From IMG/VR virus record IMGVR_UViG_3300023179_004209, positions 231,832-295,831 of that record: 64,000 nucleotides of DNA; one strand, 5' to 3'. The position numbers were made by a program, and so were the translations under genes. Positions 51,727 through 60,596 of the stretch are shown in pieces; position 1 is the first letter of the stretch, and every line of letters begins with the position of its first letter. The notes beneath the pieces are model-generated. The model did not search any database. It worked only from the letters and a program-made list of their open reading frames with translations, and was not told the DNA's origin. This DNA comes from a virus (Duplodnaviria; Heunggongvirae; Uroviricota; Caudoviricetes).

Positions 51727-51760
51727 ACCCCTACAGATTTTAATGTCTGTGGGGTTTTTT
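51727..51760 (+). terminator. Rho-independent terminator
   Basis: CCCCTACAGA..TCTGTGGGG + TTTTTT. Confidence 0.7.
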
Positions 51761-51776
51761 ATTTATATTTATAGAT

Positions 51777-52172
51777 ATGGATGCTGATATAAAGAAAGAA
51801 TTTATGACATTGTTACCCGAATTATTTGCGGTAATAAAGAATAAATTGAATTTGCAAACAACCCCTAAGATAATCTTGAAAAAAGATCAAGACAATTCAA
51901 ACAATATCTTGGGTAAAACTGCTTACTACAATCCAGCAGACAAAAGTATTACTTTATTCATTCTAGATCGTCATCCAAAAGATATACTTAGATCATTTGC
52001 ACATGAATGTGTTCATTTGTATCAACATGAAAACAATATGTATGGTATTGGTGAAAATGAATCTGGTGATACTCATTATGCTCAAAATGATACTGAATTG
52101 AGAAAAGCTGAAAAACAAGCATATCTCCTTGGAAATATGATGTTTCGTGATTGGGAAGACAGTAAGAAGTAA
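51777..52172 (+). CDS. HExxH-motif protein (putative small metallopeptidase-like)
   Basis: FAHECVHLYQH. Confidence 0.35.
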   Translation: MDADIKKEFMTLLPELFAVIKNKLNLQTTPKIILKKDQDNSNNILGKTAYYNPADKSITLFILDRHPKDILRSFAHECVHLYQHENNMYGIGENESGDTHYAQNDTELRKAEKQAYLLGNMMFRDWEDSKK

Positions 52173-52379
52173 TTAATACATTATTACTTTTACCATTGGA
52201 ATTAAATCTTTTACAAAACCTTCGTCAATTAAGTATTGTGCAATTCTGTCAATTTGAGGTTTGATATCCTTGAATTTGGTACCGTCTCTGTTATGAACCT
52301 TAATTAACTTTTCATCTTCAATTGTAACTTCAATTCCATAAAAGATTCCGTCCACAATTTTAGATTTTTGCTTTTTCAT
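52173..52379 (-). CDS. hypothetical small protein on minus strand
   Basis: ORF. Confidence 0.4.
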   Translation of the reverse strand: MKKQKSKIVDGIFYGIEVTIEDEKLIKVHNRDGTKFKDIKPQIDRIAQYLIDEGFVKDLIPMVKVIMY

Positions 52380-52470
52380 AGGTTTTAGTTCACTTATATA
52401 AATATCAAATGTAATCTTTAATAGTTCTTTTAATTTGACATTTTAATATTTTATAGTATAGTCTAAATAT

Positions 52471-53037
52471 ATGGATCTTGACGCTAAAAAAATCAACGAA
52501 AGCTTAGAAAAAGCTGAAGCTACTGAATTGAAACCTTGGTACAGAACCAATAAGTATGGTGATTGGATATTGGACCACCTTGCCTATGGATGGCGTATCT
52601 ATTACAGATATTATGATGTAAAACGATGGATTATTAGTACCTATCAACGAATTCGTTATGGTGTAAGTGATAGTGAATGTTGGAGTTTGGACTGGACATT
52701 TACGAATTTTATTCTACCCAGACTAAAACATTTCAAGAAAATCAATGTTCATACACATCCACCTGATATTACATATGAACAGTGGCACCAAATCTTGGAT
52801 GAACTGATTTGGACATTTGAATATATGCATGATGAAGAAAAGTTCAATCCAATGCCTCCGGTTATGTATGTGCGTCTTGGTAACATGGATGATTACTTTA
52901 AAAATATTAACCGTGAAAAAACACCAGAACAAAAACAAGCTTGGGCTGAATATCTGAAGAAAAATGAAGAACTAGAAGAACGTCGTAAAAAAGGAATGCA
53001 ATTGTTCGTAAAATATTATCAACAACTATGGGATTAA
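52471..53037 (+). CDS. hypothetical protein
   Basis: ORF. Confidence 0.5.
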   Translation: MDLDAKKINESLEKAEATELKPWYRTNKYGDWILDHLAYGWRIYYRYYDVKRWIISTYQRIRYGVSDSECWSLDWTFTNFILPRLKHFKKINVHTHPPDITYEQWHQILDELIWTFEYMHDEEKFNPMPPVMYVRLGNMDDYFKNINREKTPEQKQAWAEYLKKNEELEERRKKGMQLFVKYYQQLWD

Positions 53038-53546
53038 ATTATACACCTCCAGATTGGAACGAATGGTTTTTGCAAGGAGTTTATTGGGTTGCAAGTAAAT
53101 CCAAAGATCCCAAAACTAAGATTGGTGCTCTTATTGTAAAAGATAAACGAATCATTTCAACAGGATACAATGGTATTCCTATTGGAGTAGATGATAAAAA
53201 TGAATTACGACATGAAAGACCAGAAAAATACAAATGGTATGAACACGGTGAACGCAATGCGATTTATGCTGCTGCTAAATATGGCATTGATACAAACGGA
53301 TCGATATTATACACCAATGCTTTGCCATGTGCTGATTGTGCTAGGGGTATAATTCAAAGTGGTATCAAATGTGTTTATATACACCAACAATTCAATGATT
53401 TGTGTAATTCAACACAAAGAGAACAATGGAAAGGACATGACAATGCTACTTTCACAATGTTCAATGAATCTGGAATAGAAATTCATACAATTGATAGAAT
53501 TTTGGGATGTAAAGCATATTTTGACGGAAAAGTGTTTGACATTTAA
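53028..53546 (+). CDS. dCMP deaminase (cytidine/deoxycytidylate deaminase family)
   Basis: HGERNA and PCADCA zinc-binding motifs. Confidence 0.75.
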   Translation: MGLNYTPPDWNEWFLQGVYWVASKSKDPKTKIGALIVKDKRIISTGYNGIPIGVDDKNELRHERPEKYKWYEHGERNAIYAAAKYGIDTNGSILYTNALPCADCARGIIQSGIKCVYIHQQFNDLCNSTQREQWKGHDNATFTMFNESGIEIHTIDRILGCKAYFDGKVFDI

Positions 53547-53569
53547 AAAAAGTGTGATAGTCTGTTCAT

Positions 53570-53782
53570 ATGATCAACAATAACGAACTGTTCGCTAAGG
53601 TACTGGCTGAAAATCCTCTTCCTTATCGTTTTGGCGACAAGGTAAACACTAACCGTGGTATTGGTTATATCAGTGGTTATAATTTCAAGGACCGTGAAAA
53701 GACTTGGAAGTTTACTATTCGTCCTTATGGATTGCCTAATTATTATATTGATGTTGAAACCGTATATGGAAAGGTAGACTAA
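53570..53782 (+). CDS. hypothetical small protein
   Basis: ORF. Confidence 0.45.
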   Translation: MINNNELFAKVLAENPLPYRFGDKVNTNRGIGYISGYNFKDREKTWKFTIRPYGLPNYYIDVETVYGKVD

Positions 53783-53786
53783 GTTT

Positions 53787-53948
53787 ATGGAATTTGAATC
53801 AAATACAGATATTCTAAGAGATTTAATGGATCAACTTCACACTTTACACAAAGAAAATGCTAGGTTGATGCAAAAGATTGAAGCGTTAGAAAAACATAAT
53901 GAGGAATTGAATCGTAAGTTGAAGAGTATTCAAGCATTATTTCTATGA
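53787..53948 (+). CDS. 53-aa coiled-coil peptide
   Basis: ORF below cutoff. Confidence 0.3.
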   Translation: MEFESNTDILRDLMDQLHTLHKENARLMQKIEALEKHNEELNRKLKSIQALFL

Positions 53949-54115
53949 AATTATTTTTAGTATTTTTTATTAATTTGGCACTATCGTTGGGTACAAGTAT
54001 ATTGCTTTATAAGTCATTTAAAGTGGATGTATCACCTACAATTATTTCTATTGGATTGATTGTTGCGTATATGTTTTTACCACAACGATTTCATGATTGG
54101 ATTGCTGAAAAATGA
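53945..54115 (+). CDS. 56-aa membrane peptide
   Basis: ORF below cutoff, ATGA overlaps. Confidence 0.3.
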   Translation: MKLFLVFFINLALSLGTSILLYKSFKVDVSPTIISIGLIVAYMFLPQRFHDWIAEK

Positions 54116-54357
54116 ATATTAGACCATCACAATGTTTTGAATGTGAGACTGGTACATACAAAGATGTAAATGTCAATTATTTCTCACAATTAAGCGGGGG
54201 AAGAAGTCTTGTAACTAAAGATGTAACAATTCAACGGTGTGATACTTGTGGTGCTGAAATCTTAGATTCTAAAGCGTCTAAGATAATTGAATCAAATATT
54301 GAACGTAATTTTCCAGGTTATTATGAACGTACACGTTCCAGAAGAGTTGAAAAATAA
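54112..54357 (+). CDS. zinc-ribbon small protein
   Basis: CFECETG..CDTCGAE. Confidence 0.5.
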   Translation: MNIRPSQCFECETGTYKDVNVNYFSQLSGGRSLVTKDVTIQRCDTCGAEILDSKASKIIESNIERNFPGYYERTRSRRVEK

Positions 54358-54367
54358 ATATCCATAT

Positions 54368-54523
54368 ATGGAATTTAGGGGTAAACAGCGTCAATTAAAT
54401 GATAGAACAGTGATTGAAACGTACAATCCTGCAACTAATCAGACATTTTTCTATAGCTTTGATGAAGACTTTTTTTGGTTTCCCGGTCAAATTCCAGACT
54501 ACAAACTTCCAAAAGTGTCTTGA
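54368..54523 (+). CDS. hypothetical small protein
   Basis: internal ATG. Confidence 0.35.
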   Translation: MEFRGKQRQLNDRTVIETYNPATNQTFFYSFDEDFFWFPGQIPDYKLPKVS

Positions 54524-54548
54524 CTTGTTATAAAGTGTGTGGTAATCT
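54520..54548 (+). promoter_or_regulatory. promoter TTGACT-N17-TAATCT
   Basis: CTTGACTTGTTATAAAGTGTGTGGTAA identical core to 15458 promoter. Confidence 0.6.
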
Positions 54549-54554
54549 AGACTT

Positions 54555-55076
54555 ATGAATGAACAAACCTATATGAAGCTTGGTGATGTCGTGAAACGTC
54601 CTGTTTTTGATGTAAAAAACATCAACCGTGAAAATCCTCGTTTCAAACATCTGGTGGATAGTTACCAGAAGTGGAATAGTGATAATGATATTGATGAACC
54701 TCGTTCAACATATGAAAATGATATTATTGAATGTCTTGGTCAATATGATTTGGATGGATTTGCACTTGCTCAACATTTGAAGGACTATGTGTATGTTGAG
54801 CCTGATAGTGAACTTGTCCATATTCTGGATGATGTTCTTTTTGTCAAGAGTTCACTTGAACGAGAAATGTTGAGTCAATGGGTTAAGGAAAACTTCTTGA
54901 CCATTCCAGATGATGTAGTTGGTAAGAAGGTTAATGCAAAACAAGGTTTTCGTAAGTATGAGAATCACTACATTACTGGAATTAAGCCAGAAACTTATCA
55001 AGTAACTGTTAGTGATAATCCTAAGAAATACGGTGGTTATATTGTTGGGTTTGAAAATGTAACTTTTGTTGACTAA
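54555..55076 (+). CDS. hypothetical protein
   Basis: ORF behind promoter. Confidence 0.55.
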   Translation: MNEQTYMKLGDVVKRPVFDVKNINRENPRFKHLVDSYQKWNSDNDIDEPRSTYENDIIECLGQYDLDGFALAQHLKDYVYVEPDSELVHILDDVLFVKSSLEREMLSQWVKENFLTIPDDVVGKKVNAKQGFRKYENHYITGIKPETYQVTVSDNPKKYGGYIVGFENVTFVD

Positions 55077-55302
55077 TATGAATGTAGGACAATTGATTGA
55101 ACAATTAAAGAATTACCCGCAGGATTTACGGGTGGTTGTTCGTGGTTATGAAGGTGGATACAATGATGTAGACACATTTGAAACGCTCAATCTTGTGCTT
55201 AACTACTATGATGAATGGTACTATGGTAAACATGAGGATGTTTCATCCATCTTTAATGAAGAAGTTAAAGCTAATGCTGTTGATGCATTACAAATTGGAT
55301 AG
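55066..55302 (+). CDS. hypothetical small protein
   Basis: ORF. Confidence 0.45.
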   Translation: MLTNMNVGQLIEQLKNYPQDLRVVVRGYEGGYNDVDTFETLNLVLNYYDEWYYGKHEDVSSIFNEEVKANAVDALQIG

Positions 55303-55303
55303 A

Positions 55304-55642
55304 ATGAACGTTAAGGATACATCCATAATTCCCAATGGAGATTATTGTTATACTTGGATTGAAGTTCCAAGTGAAAGTAACAACTATCGTGGTAAGGTAA
55401 AACAATGTCCTTATTATGATTGTAAGAACATCAATGGTGTAGAATTTCCTTGGTGTAATTATTTAGAATTGGGTGGCACTCCCGGTGATAAAAAATGGAA
55501 GGGTTGGGAAGATCATAACAAAGCAGATGAAGTTCTTACAGAACACTTTGGAAGCAAAGAAAAAATGGAAGAAAAACTGCCTTTGTTTCTACTATTTGAT
55601 AGTTGCAAAGAATGTGGCGTAAATGCTGAAGATGAACCTTGA
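55304..55642 (+). CDS. Cys-rich hypothetical protein
   Basis: internal ATG. Confidence 0.45.
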   Translation: MNVKDTSIIPNGDYCYTWIEVPSESNNYRGKVKQCPYYDCKNINGVEFPWCNYLELGGTPGDKKWKGWEDHNKADEVLTEHFGSKEKMEEKLPLFLLFDSCKECGVNAEDEP

Positions 55643-55666
55643 CTTTCTTTAAAGTCATGGTAAATT
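55639..55666 (+). promoter_or_regulatory. promoter TTGACT-N16-TAAATT
   Basis: ATG at 55673. Confidence 0.55.
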
Positions 55667-55672
55667 GATTGT

Positions 55673-56764
55673 ATGAAGATTGACATTCAAAAGGTTGACC
55701 TCACCCAATTTATGGTGCATGAACATTCACTTAATGGTGAAATTGTCCAGTTGATTCAGCCCCAACATATTGGCACTAAATGGCATCAAGACAACAAGCA
55801 TATGCGTAGTGTAATTGTGAATTATGCAGGTGAAGTTATCAGTGCAGGTTTTCCTAAGTTTACCAACTGGGGTGAGAATCCTGATCACTTTCCTGTTCCT
55901 AATTCATTGAAGCATTGCACCGTTGTTGAAAAGCTTGATGGTTCATTGTTGATTGTTAGTAAGTATAATGGTCAATATATTCTACGTACCCGTGGAACTG
56001 TTGATGCTTCTACTATGGCTAATGGTCATGAACTTGAAATTTTCAAGAACACTATTTTATCCAAGTTGGCTGATAACAATGATACTTGGGATTATTCAGT
56101 GCTTTTTGAGTGGTTGTCTCCTATCAACAAGATTGTTTTGAACTACGGTGATGAACCTTCTTGGAGATTGATTGGGTTTATTAACCACATCAACTATTCA
56201 CTTGCACAACAAGATATGTTGGACGCTATGGCTAAGAAGTATGGATTTGATCGTCCTCCTACCTATACTTTTTCTGATGTTCAAGATCTGTTAAAGGATG
56301 TTGACCAATGGAGAGGTAAGGAAGGTGTAGTTGTTTATTCAAAGAATGACCAAATGCTTCACAAGGTAAAGGGTGCTTGGTATCTTGCTCTACATCATAT
56401 GAAGAGCGAGTTGTCAAACATTGAGAAGGTTATAGATGTATGGTTGGAACAGAGTATGCCTGACTATCAGACTTTCTATAGTTATATCTTTACCACCTTT
56501 GATTACGAATTGGCTGAACAGTGCCGTGGTATGATTAGCCGTATTTGTGATGCTAAGAAGGAAGTGGATATGATTGTGGTTGGTATGAATGAATTTGTGA
56601 ATAACAGACTCAAGACTCTACCTACTCGTAAGTTACAGGCTGAACAAGTAATTTCAGCTTATGGTAATACTAATAGAGCTTCATTTTTGTTCAAGTTGCT
56701 TGATGGTAAGTCGTTAGGCAAAGAAGAATATAAGAAGTTACTATTTCAAGTATTGAAAAACTAA
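55673..56764 (+). CDS. ATP-dependent RNA ligase, T4 Rnl1-like
   Basis: motif I EKLDGSLL (KxDGS as in T4 RnlA KEDGSL); later EGVVVYSK and HKVKGAWY. Confidence 0.6.
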   Translation: MKIDIQKVDLTQFMVHEHSLNGEIVQLIQPQHIGTKWHQDNKHMRSVIVNYAGEVISAGFPKFTNWGENPDHFPVPNSLKHCTVVEKLDGSLLIVSKYNGQYILRTRGTVDASTMANGHELEIFKNTILSKLADNNDTWDYSVLFEWLSPINKIVLNYGDEPSWRLIGFINHINYSLAQQDMLDAMAKKYGFDRPPTYTFSDVQDLLKDVDQWRGKEGVVVYSKNDQMLHKVKGAWYLALHHMKSELSNIEKVIDVWLEQSMPDYQTFYSYIFTTFDYELAEQCRGMISRICDAKKEVDMIVVGMNEFVNNRLKTLPTRKLQAEQVISAYGNTNRASFLFKLLDGKSLGKEEYKKLLFQVLKN

Positions 56765-56771
56765 AACAATA

Positions 56772-56805
56772 CCCTACTAATTAAAATAAATTGGTAGGGT
56801 TTTTT
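56772..56805 (+). terminator. Rho-independent terminator
   Basis: CCCTAC..GTAGGG + TTTTTT. Confidence 0.65.
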
Positions 56806-56868
56806 CTTGCATATGTATGTATGATAGTCAATAGTGGCTATCATAACACACAAACACAAAGGAAAAAT

Positions 56869-57084
56869 ATGGCAGATAATAATAAAACTCCCTACGAATT
56901 GCGTTGGGAAATTCTAAAAGAAATGATCGGTATTACCAGAGAAGAGTGGGCTACCAAAAAAGAGTTAGCTCAATACAACGCCGAAAAAAGTGGTAAATCA
57001 CTTGAATATATCGGTGATATTCCATTACACGATGCGTTGCAGCGTGCAGAAAATGTATATACATCGTTTATTTGTAAGAAGTAA
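56869..57084 (+). CDS. hypothetical small protein
   Basis: ATG behind SD-like AAAGGAAAAAT. Confidence 0.45.
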   Translation: MADNNKTPYELRWEILKEMIGITREEWATKKELAQYNAEKSGKSLEYIGDIPLHDALQRAENVYTSFICKK

Positions 57085-57106
57085 TCATTTAAAGAACTAA
57101 CAATGA

Positions 57107-57137
57107 CCCCCACTATTAATTTAGTGGGGGTTTTTTA
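57107..57137 (+). terminator. Rho-independent terminator CCCCCACTA..TAGTGGGGG (copy 1 of 3)
   Basis: near-identical copies at 58312 and 59206. Confidence 0.75.
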
Positions 57138-57161
57138 TTTTTTGTATATATTTATAATGAT

Positions 57162-58283
57162 ATGAGTAAACTACTTAATGAAACATTTCAAAAACATTTA
57201 GGACTTCTTAAAAAGAAACTTAATGAAGCAGGTCAATATGAATTACCTTTAAGTGGTGATACACAGTCAACTAATGATCTTAGTTCTGAAGTCAAGGATG
57301 AGTTTTGGAATAATTTTCAAAAGATGTCAGTTAAAGATTTCGTAGATAAATATGGAAAAAAATTTTCAGATCCTAAATTTCATGCATTTATAAGTGCAGG
57401 ATTGGGTGATAAAATAAATGATGAAGGTTTTGAAGTAACACAAGTTTCGCCATTGGTTACCACATTATCACCTACACAGAGGGAAATTGGATTTGGTAAT
57501 AGTTTAAATGATTTGATAAAAGCAACATACAATGAAAGTGTTCAATTAGAAGAACTTGATAATATGTTAAAAGGCAAAAATGTCAAATTAAAAGCAAAAA
57601 CAGGTGAAGTACCAATAGTAATTTTTAATAATAAATATATAATAGATGGACATCATAGATGGAGTAAAATTTATTGTGCTAACAAAACCGCAACAGTATT
57701 TTGTTTGAATTTTGAATGTCCGGCTTTAAAAAATGATCCTTCAATGGCATTAAAAGCGTTTCATTTAGCAATTGCTAAAATGTTAAAAAATTCTCCAACT
57801 GAAAATAAATCCGGTAAAAATTTATTTGAATCAAATAGAAATGAAGTATATCAATATATTTATGAAATATTAGTTTTACCACATAACAAAGCATTTTTAG
57901 ATGTATACAAAAAACATAGTAATCTTATAAATCCAAACTTAAATGAAGCGGAACAACTAGATTTGATTGATCCAGAAACAACATTAAATTCAAAAACATT
58001 GAAGTATGTAGATCCATTTGCAAAAACAGTTTCATTGTATATTTCTGATAATGCTGCAGCTTTAATAGGTAATAGTAAGCCTGCTACTGATACACCAAGA
58101 AGTCATATGCCTCAAACTGATAAAGCACCAGGATATGAAGATGCATTAGAAAAAGGTGAAATTAATTTCTTACCTGATAAAGTTACTGAAAAAATGGTCA
58201 ATGAAACATTTCAAAGACATTTGACTCTTCTTCACAAGAAGTTGAATTTAAATGAAAATGTAGACATCAATAACATACAATAA
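57162..58283 (+). CDS. protein with N-terminal MSKLLNETFQKHLGLLKKKLNE motif repeated near its own C-terminus
   Basis: ORF; C-terminal KMVNETFQRHLTLLHKKLNLNE. Confidence 0.55.
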   Translation: MSKLLNETFQKHLGLLKKKLNEAGQYELPLSGDTQSTNDLSSEVKDEFWNNFQKMSVKDFVDKYGKKFSDPKFHAFISAGLGDKINDEGFEVTQVSPLVTTLSPTQREIGFGNSLNDLIKATYNESVQLEELDNMLKGKNVKLKAKTGEVPIVIFNNKYIIDGHHRWSKIYCANKTATVFCLNFECPALKNDPSMALKAFHLAIAKMLKNSPTENKSGKNLFESNRNEVYQYIYEILVLPHNKAFLDVYKKHSNLINPNLNEAEQLDLIDPETTLNSKTLKYVDPFAKTVSLYISDNAAALIGNSKPATDTPRSHMPQTDKAPGYEDALEKGEINFLPDKVTEKMVNETFQRHLTLLHKKLNLNENVDINNIQ

Positions 58284-58311
58284 ATTGTAATTTAAAATAT
58301 TAATCAATAAC

Positions 58312-58340
58312 CCCCACTATTAATTTAGTGGGGTTTTTAT
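58312..58340 (+). terminator. Rho-independent terminator (copy 2)
   Basis: CCCCACTA..TAGTGGGG + TTTTT. Confidence 0.75.
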
Positions 58341-58386
58341 TTTTTGTATATATTTATATTTAACACAAAGGAAAAATTTTAAACAT

Positions 58387-59181
58387 ATGAGTGATAAACT
58401 AAACGAAACATTTCAAAAGCATCTTAAATTGCTTCACGAACACTTAAATATAAATGAAGCATATGGTGACCCTGCGCATCTTGATTGGGCTATGAGAGAT
58501 CCAGGTGAAAGACCTGATTGGGATCCTGATGGACTAACAGGAATAAAACAACCATCATCATATAGACCTGCACGAAATTACGATCCCGAAGAAGAAAAAA
58601 GAAATCAATTCAATAAAACTGTAGCAGGTGTTGCTAGAAATATGGGAGTTAACGGTTATGATTTAGTAAGATATTTAAATCAAATTAAACAAGACGGTAA
58701 AAAAGATTGGGAAACAACGGATGAATTAAATCCAGATAAGGATAGACAAATTTACGGACACGATAATTTTGACAAAGCTGCGTTTAAAAGATGGTTAGAG
58801 AGAGATAAAGAAGAATCAGAAAGAAATTATAAAGCCCGACAAGAAAAAGATAAACTAGAAGCACCATCCAGAGAAATTAATTCTGCAGCTGAAGCTATTA
58901 GTTCAGATATGACTCAGTTAATACATAGTATAGGTTTAATTAAATGGCAAGTATTTAAATTAAAAAGTTACGAAGGAAAACTTAAGTATTTAAGTGATCA
59001 TTTTGAAAAAAATGAAGATAAACTAAAAAATGATACATTCAAATACACAAGCGGCTATGAAGATCTTAAACCATACTTTGATAAGTATTCTGAAAACGAT
59101 CAAAAAGCTAAACTTATATTACTCGCAGCAATTAAAAAGAGTGAAAAATCATGGGCTGCTAGAGGATTTTTTGAACAATAA
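58387..59181 (+). CDS. protein with N-terminal MSDKLNETFQKHLKLLHEHLN motif
   Basis: ORF. Confidence 0.55.
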   Translation: MSDKLNETFQKHLKLLHEHLNINEAYGDPAHLDWAMRDPGERPDWDPDGLTGIKQPSSYRPARNYDPEEEKRNQFNKTVAGVARNMGVNGYDLVRYLNQIKQDGKKDWETTDELNPDKDRQIYGHDNFDKAAFKRWLERDKEESERNYKARQEKDKLEAPSREINSAAEAISSDMTQLIHSIGLIKWQVFKLKSYEGKLKYLSDHFEKNEDKLKNDTFKYTSGYEDLKPYFDKYSENDQKAKLILLAAIKKSEKSWAARGFFEQ

Positions 59182-59205
59182 ACTTATAAAATATTGAATC
59201 AATAA

Positions 59206-59232
59206 CCCCGCTATTAATTTAGTGGGGTTTTT
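59206..59232 (+). terminator. Rho-independent terminator (copy 3)
   Basis: CCCCGCTA..TAGTGGGG + TTTTTT. Confidence 0.75.
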
Positions 59233-59258
59233 TATTTTAAGTGGATATTTATATTGAT

Positions 59259-59645
59259 ATGACCAAGACACAATTGAAACAATTGATAAAAGAGTGTTTA
59301 AATGAAATTGATTTTGCACCTGGTTTTAGACCAACACATGATTTAACCATAGTTTCAACTGTTACTGGTAGTGATGTAGATGATTTAAAAACTTATATAT
59401 TAGAATTACATAGAGTTTTAAAAGCTAATTTTGGTAATGATGTACAGTTTGAAGAAAAATTAAAAATGTCTATGTTGTCAAACGGAGATAAAAAAATTGA
59501 AACCACATTCACTATTATTGATATAATTGATGATTTAATGTCAAAAACAGTAAGAGAAAATCTACAATATATACATGAACAATTAACAATGTGGTCAATA
59601 AATCAAGATTTAGTAATAGACTTTACTTTCAAGATTAAAAAATAG
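59259..59645 (+). CDS. protein with propeptide-like N-terminus MTKTQLKQLIKE
   Basis: start adjusted to ATG after TATTTATATTGAT. Confidence 0.5.
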   Translation: MTKTQLKQLIKECLNEIDFAPGFRPTHDLTIVSTVTGSDVDDLKTYILELHRVLKANFGNDVQFEEKLKMSMLSNGDKKIETTFTIIDIIDDLMSKTVRENLQYIHEQLTMWSINQDLVIDFTFKIKK

Positions 59646-59650
59646 ATAAG

Positions 59651-59686
59651 AAAAAACCCCACCGTTAAAAGTGGGGTTATTTGTTT
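59651..59686. terminator. bidirectional Rho-independent terminator
   Basis: AAAAAA-CCCCAC..GTGGGG-TTATTTGTTTG between convergent genes. Confidence 0.65.
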
Positions 59687-59687
59687 G

Positions 59688-60005
59688 TTAGTTCTTCTTT
59701 GGTTTTGTTGGTCTATCACCATCTTTTGATGGACCATCATGTTTTGGACCTCTTGGACCACCTGGTGGTGGACCAAAACTTCTCAAAGTCTTACGATCAT
59801 CATCACTGACCTTGGTGCGTTCTTCCTTGTCCAACTTACCGTCTTTGTTTGCGTCATATTTAGCAATTAATTCAGCACGTTGCTTCTTTTGTTCCTCAGT
59901 CAACTTTGGACGGGGAGGACGGCCTTCACCTGGAGGTGGACCTTTTGGACCTTCTTGAGCATTTAGGGTAAATGCTGCGGCTAATACTAATAGATACTTA
60001 TACAT
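59688..60005 (-). CDS. secreted EF-hand calcium-binding protein
   Basis: signal peptide MYKYLLVLAAAFTLNA; canonical 12-residue loop DANKDGKLDKEE; Pro/Gly-rich flanks. Confidence 0.6.
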   Translation of the reverse strand: MYKYLLVLAAAFTLNAQEGPKGPPPGEGRPPRPKLTEEQKKQRAELIAKYDANKDGKLDKEERTKVSDDDRKTLRSFGPPPGGPRGPKHDGPSKDGDRPTKPKKN

Positions 60006-60140
60006 ATATTTTCCTTTCGTTTAGTAACCACCATAGATTACACTCTATACATAACATATTACATACCCATAACAAACATCTTTTACACCTCCTTTACAAT
60101 TTTCTATTGACTTTATAACAACTTATGTTACAGTAACAAC

Positions 60141-60596
60141 ATGAGTACAATTTATATCGCCGTTGGATTGCCTGGAAGCGGTAAATCCACATACGCAAAG
60201 AACTTTATTAAAGGAAAAGACATTGAATACCTAAGTAGTGATGAATTACGAGCTGTATTTGGTAAAAGTGAAGAAGATCAAACGGTGACTCCACTTGTTT
60301 TTGGTCACATCAAAAGAAAGGTTGACGAATTTCTAAAAGATGGTAAAAATGTATTGGTTGATGCAACCAGTGTAAACCGTAGAGAACGATCTGATTACAT
60401 CAACACCGCAAAGAAATATGGCGCAAAAGTAATTGCTCTTGTTTTCAAGATGGATCGTGCTGGTTTGATTACACGAAATCAAAAGAGAGGTCAAGAAGGT
60501 GGCAGAGTTGTACCTGATTGGGTTATTGATAAGATGTTAACAAAGTATGAAGAACCTTCTACCAGTGAAGGTATTGATGAAATAATTTATGTTTGA
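60141..60596 (+). CDS. P-loop polynucleotide 5'-kinase (Pnkp kinase-domain-like)
   Basis: Walker A GLPGSGKST; size and context with phosphoesterase and RNA ligase. Confidence 0.6.
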   Translation: MSTIYIAVGLPGSGKSTYAKNFIKGKDIEYLSSDELRAVFGKSEEDQTVTPLVFGHIKRKVDEFLKDGKNVLVDATSVNRRERSDYINTAKKYGAKVIALVFKMDRAGLITRNQKRGQEGGRVVPDWVIDKMLTKYEEPSTSEGIDEIIYV

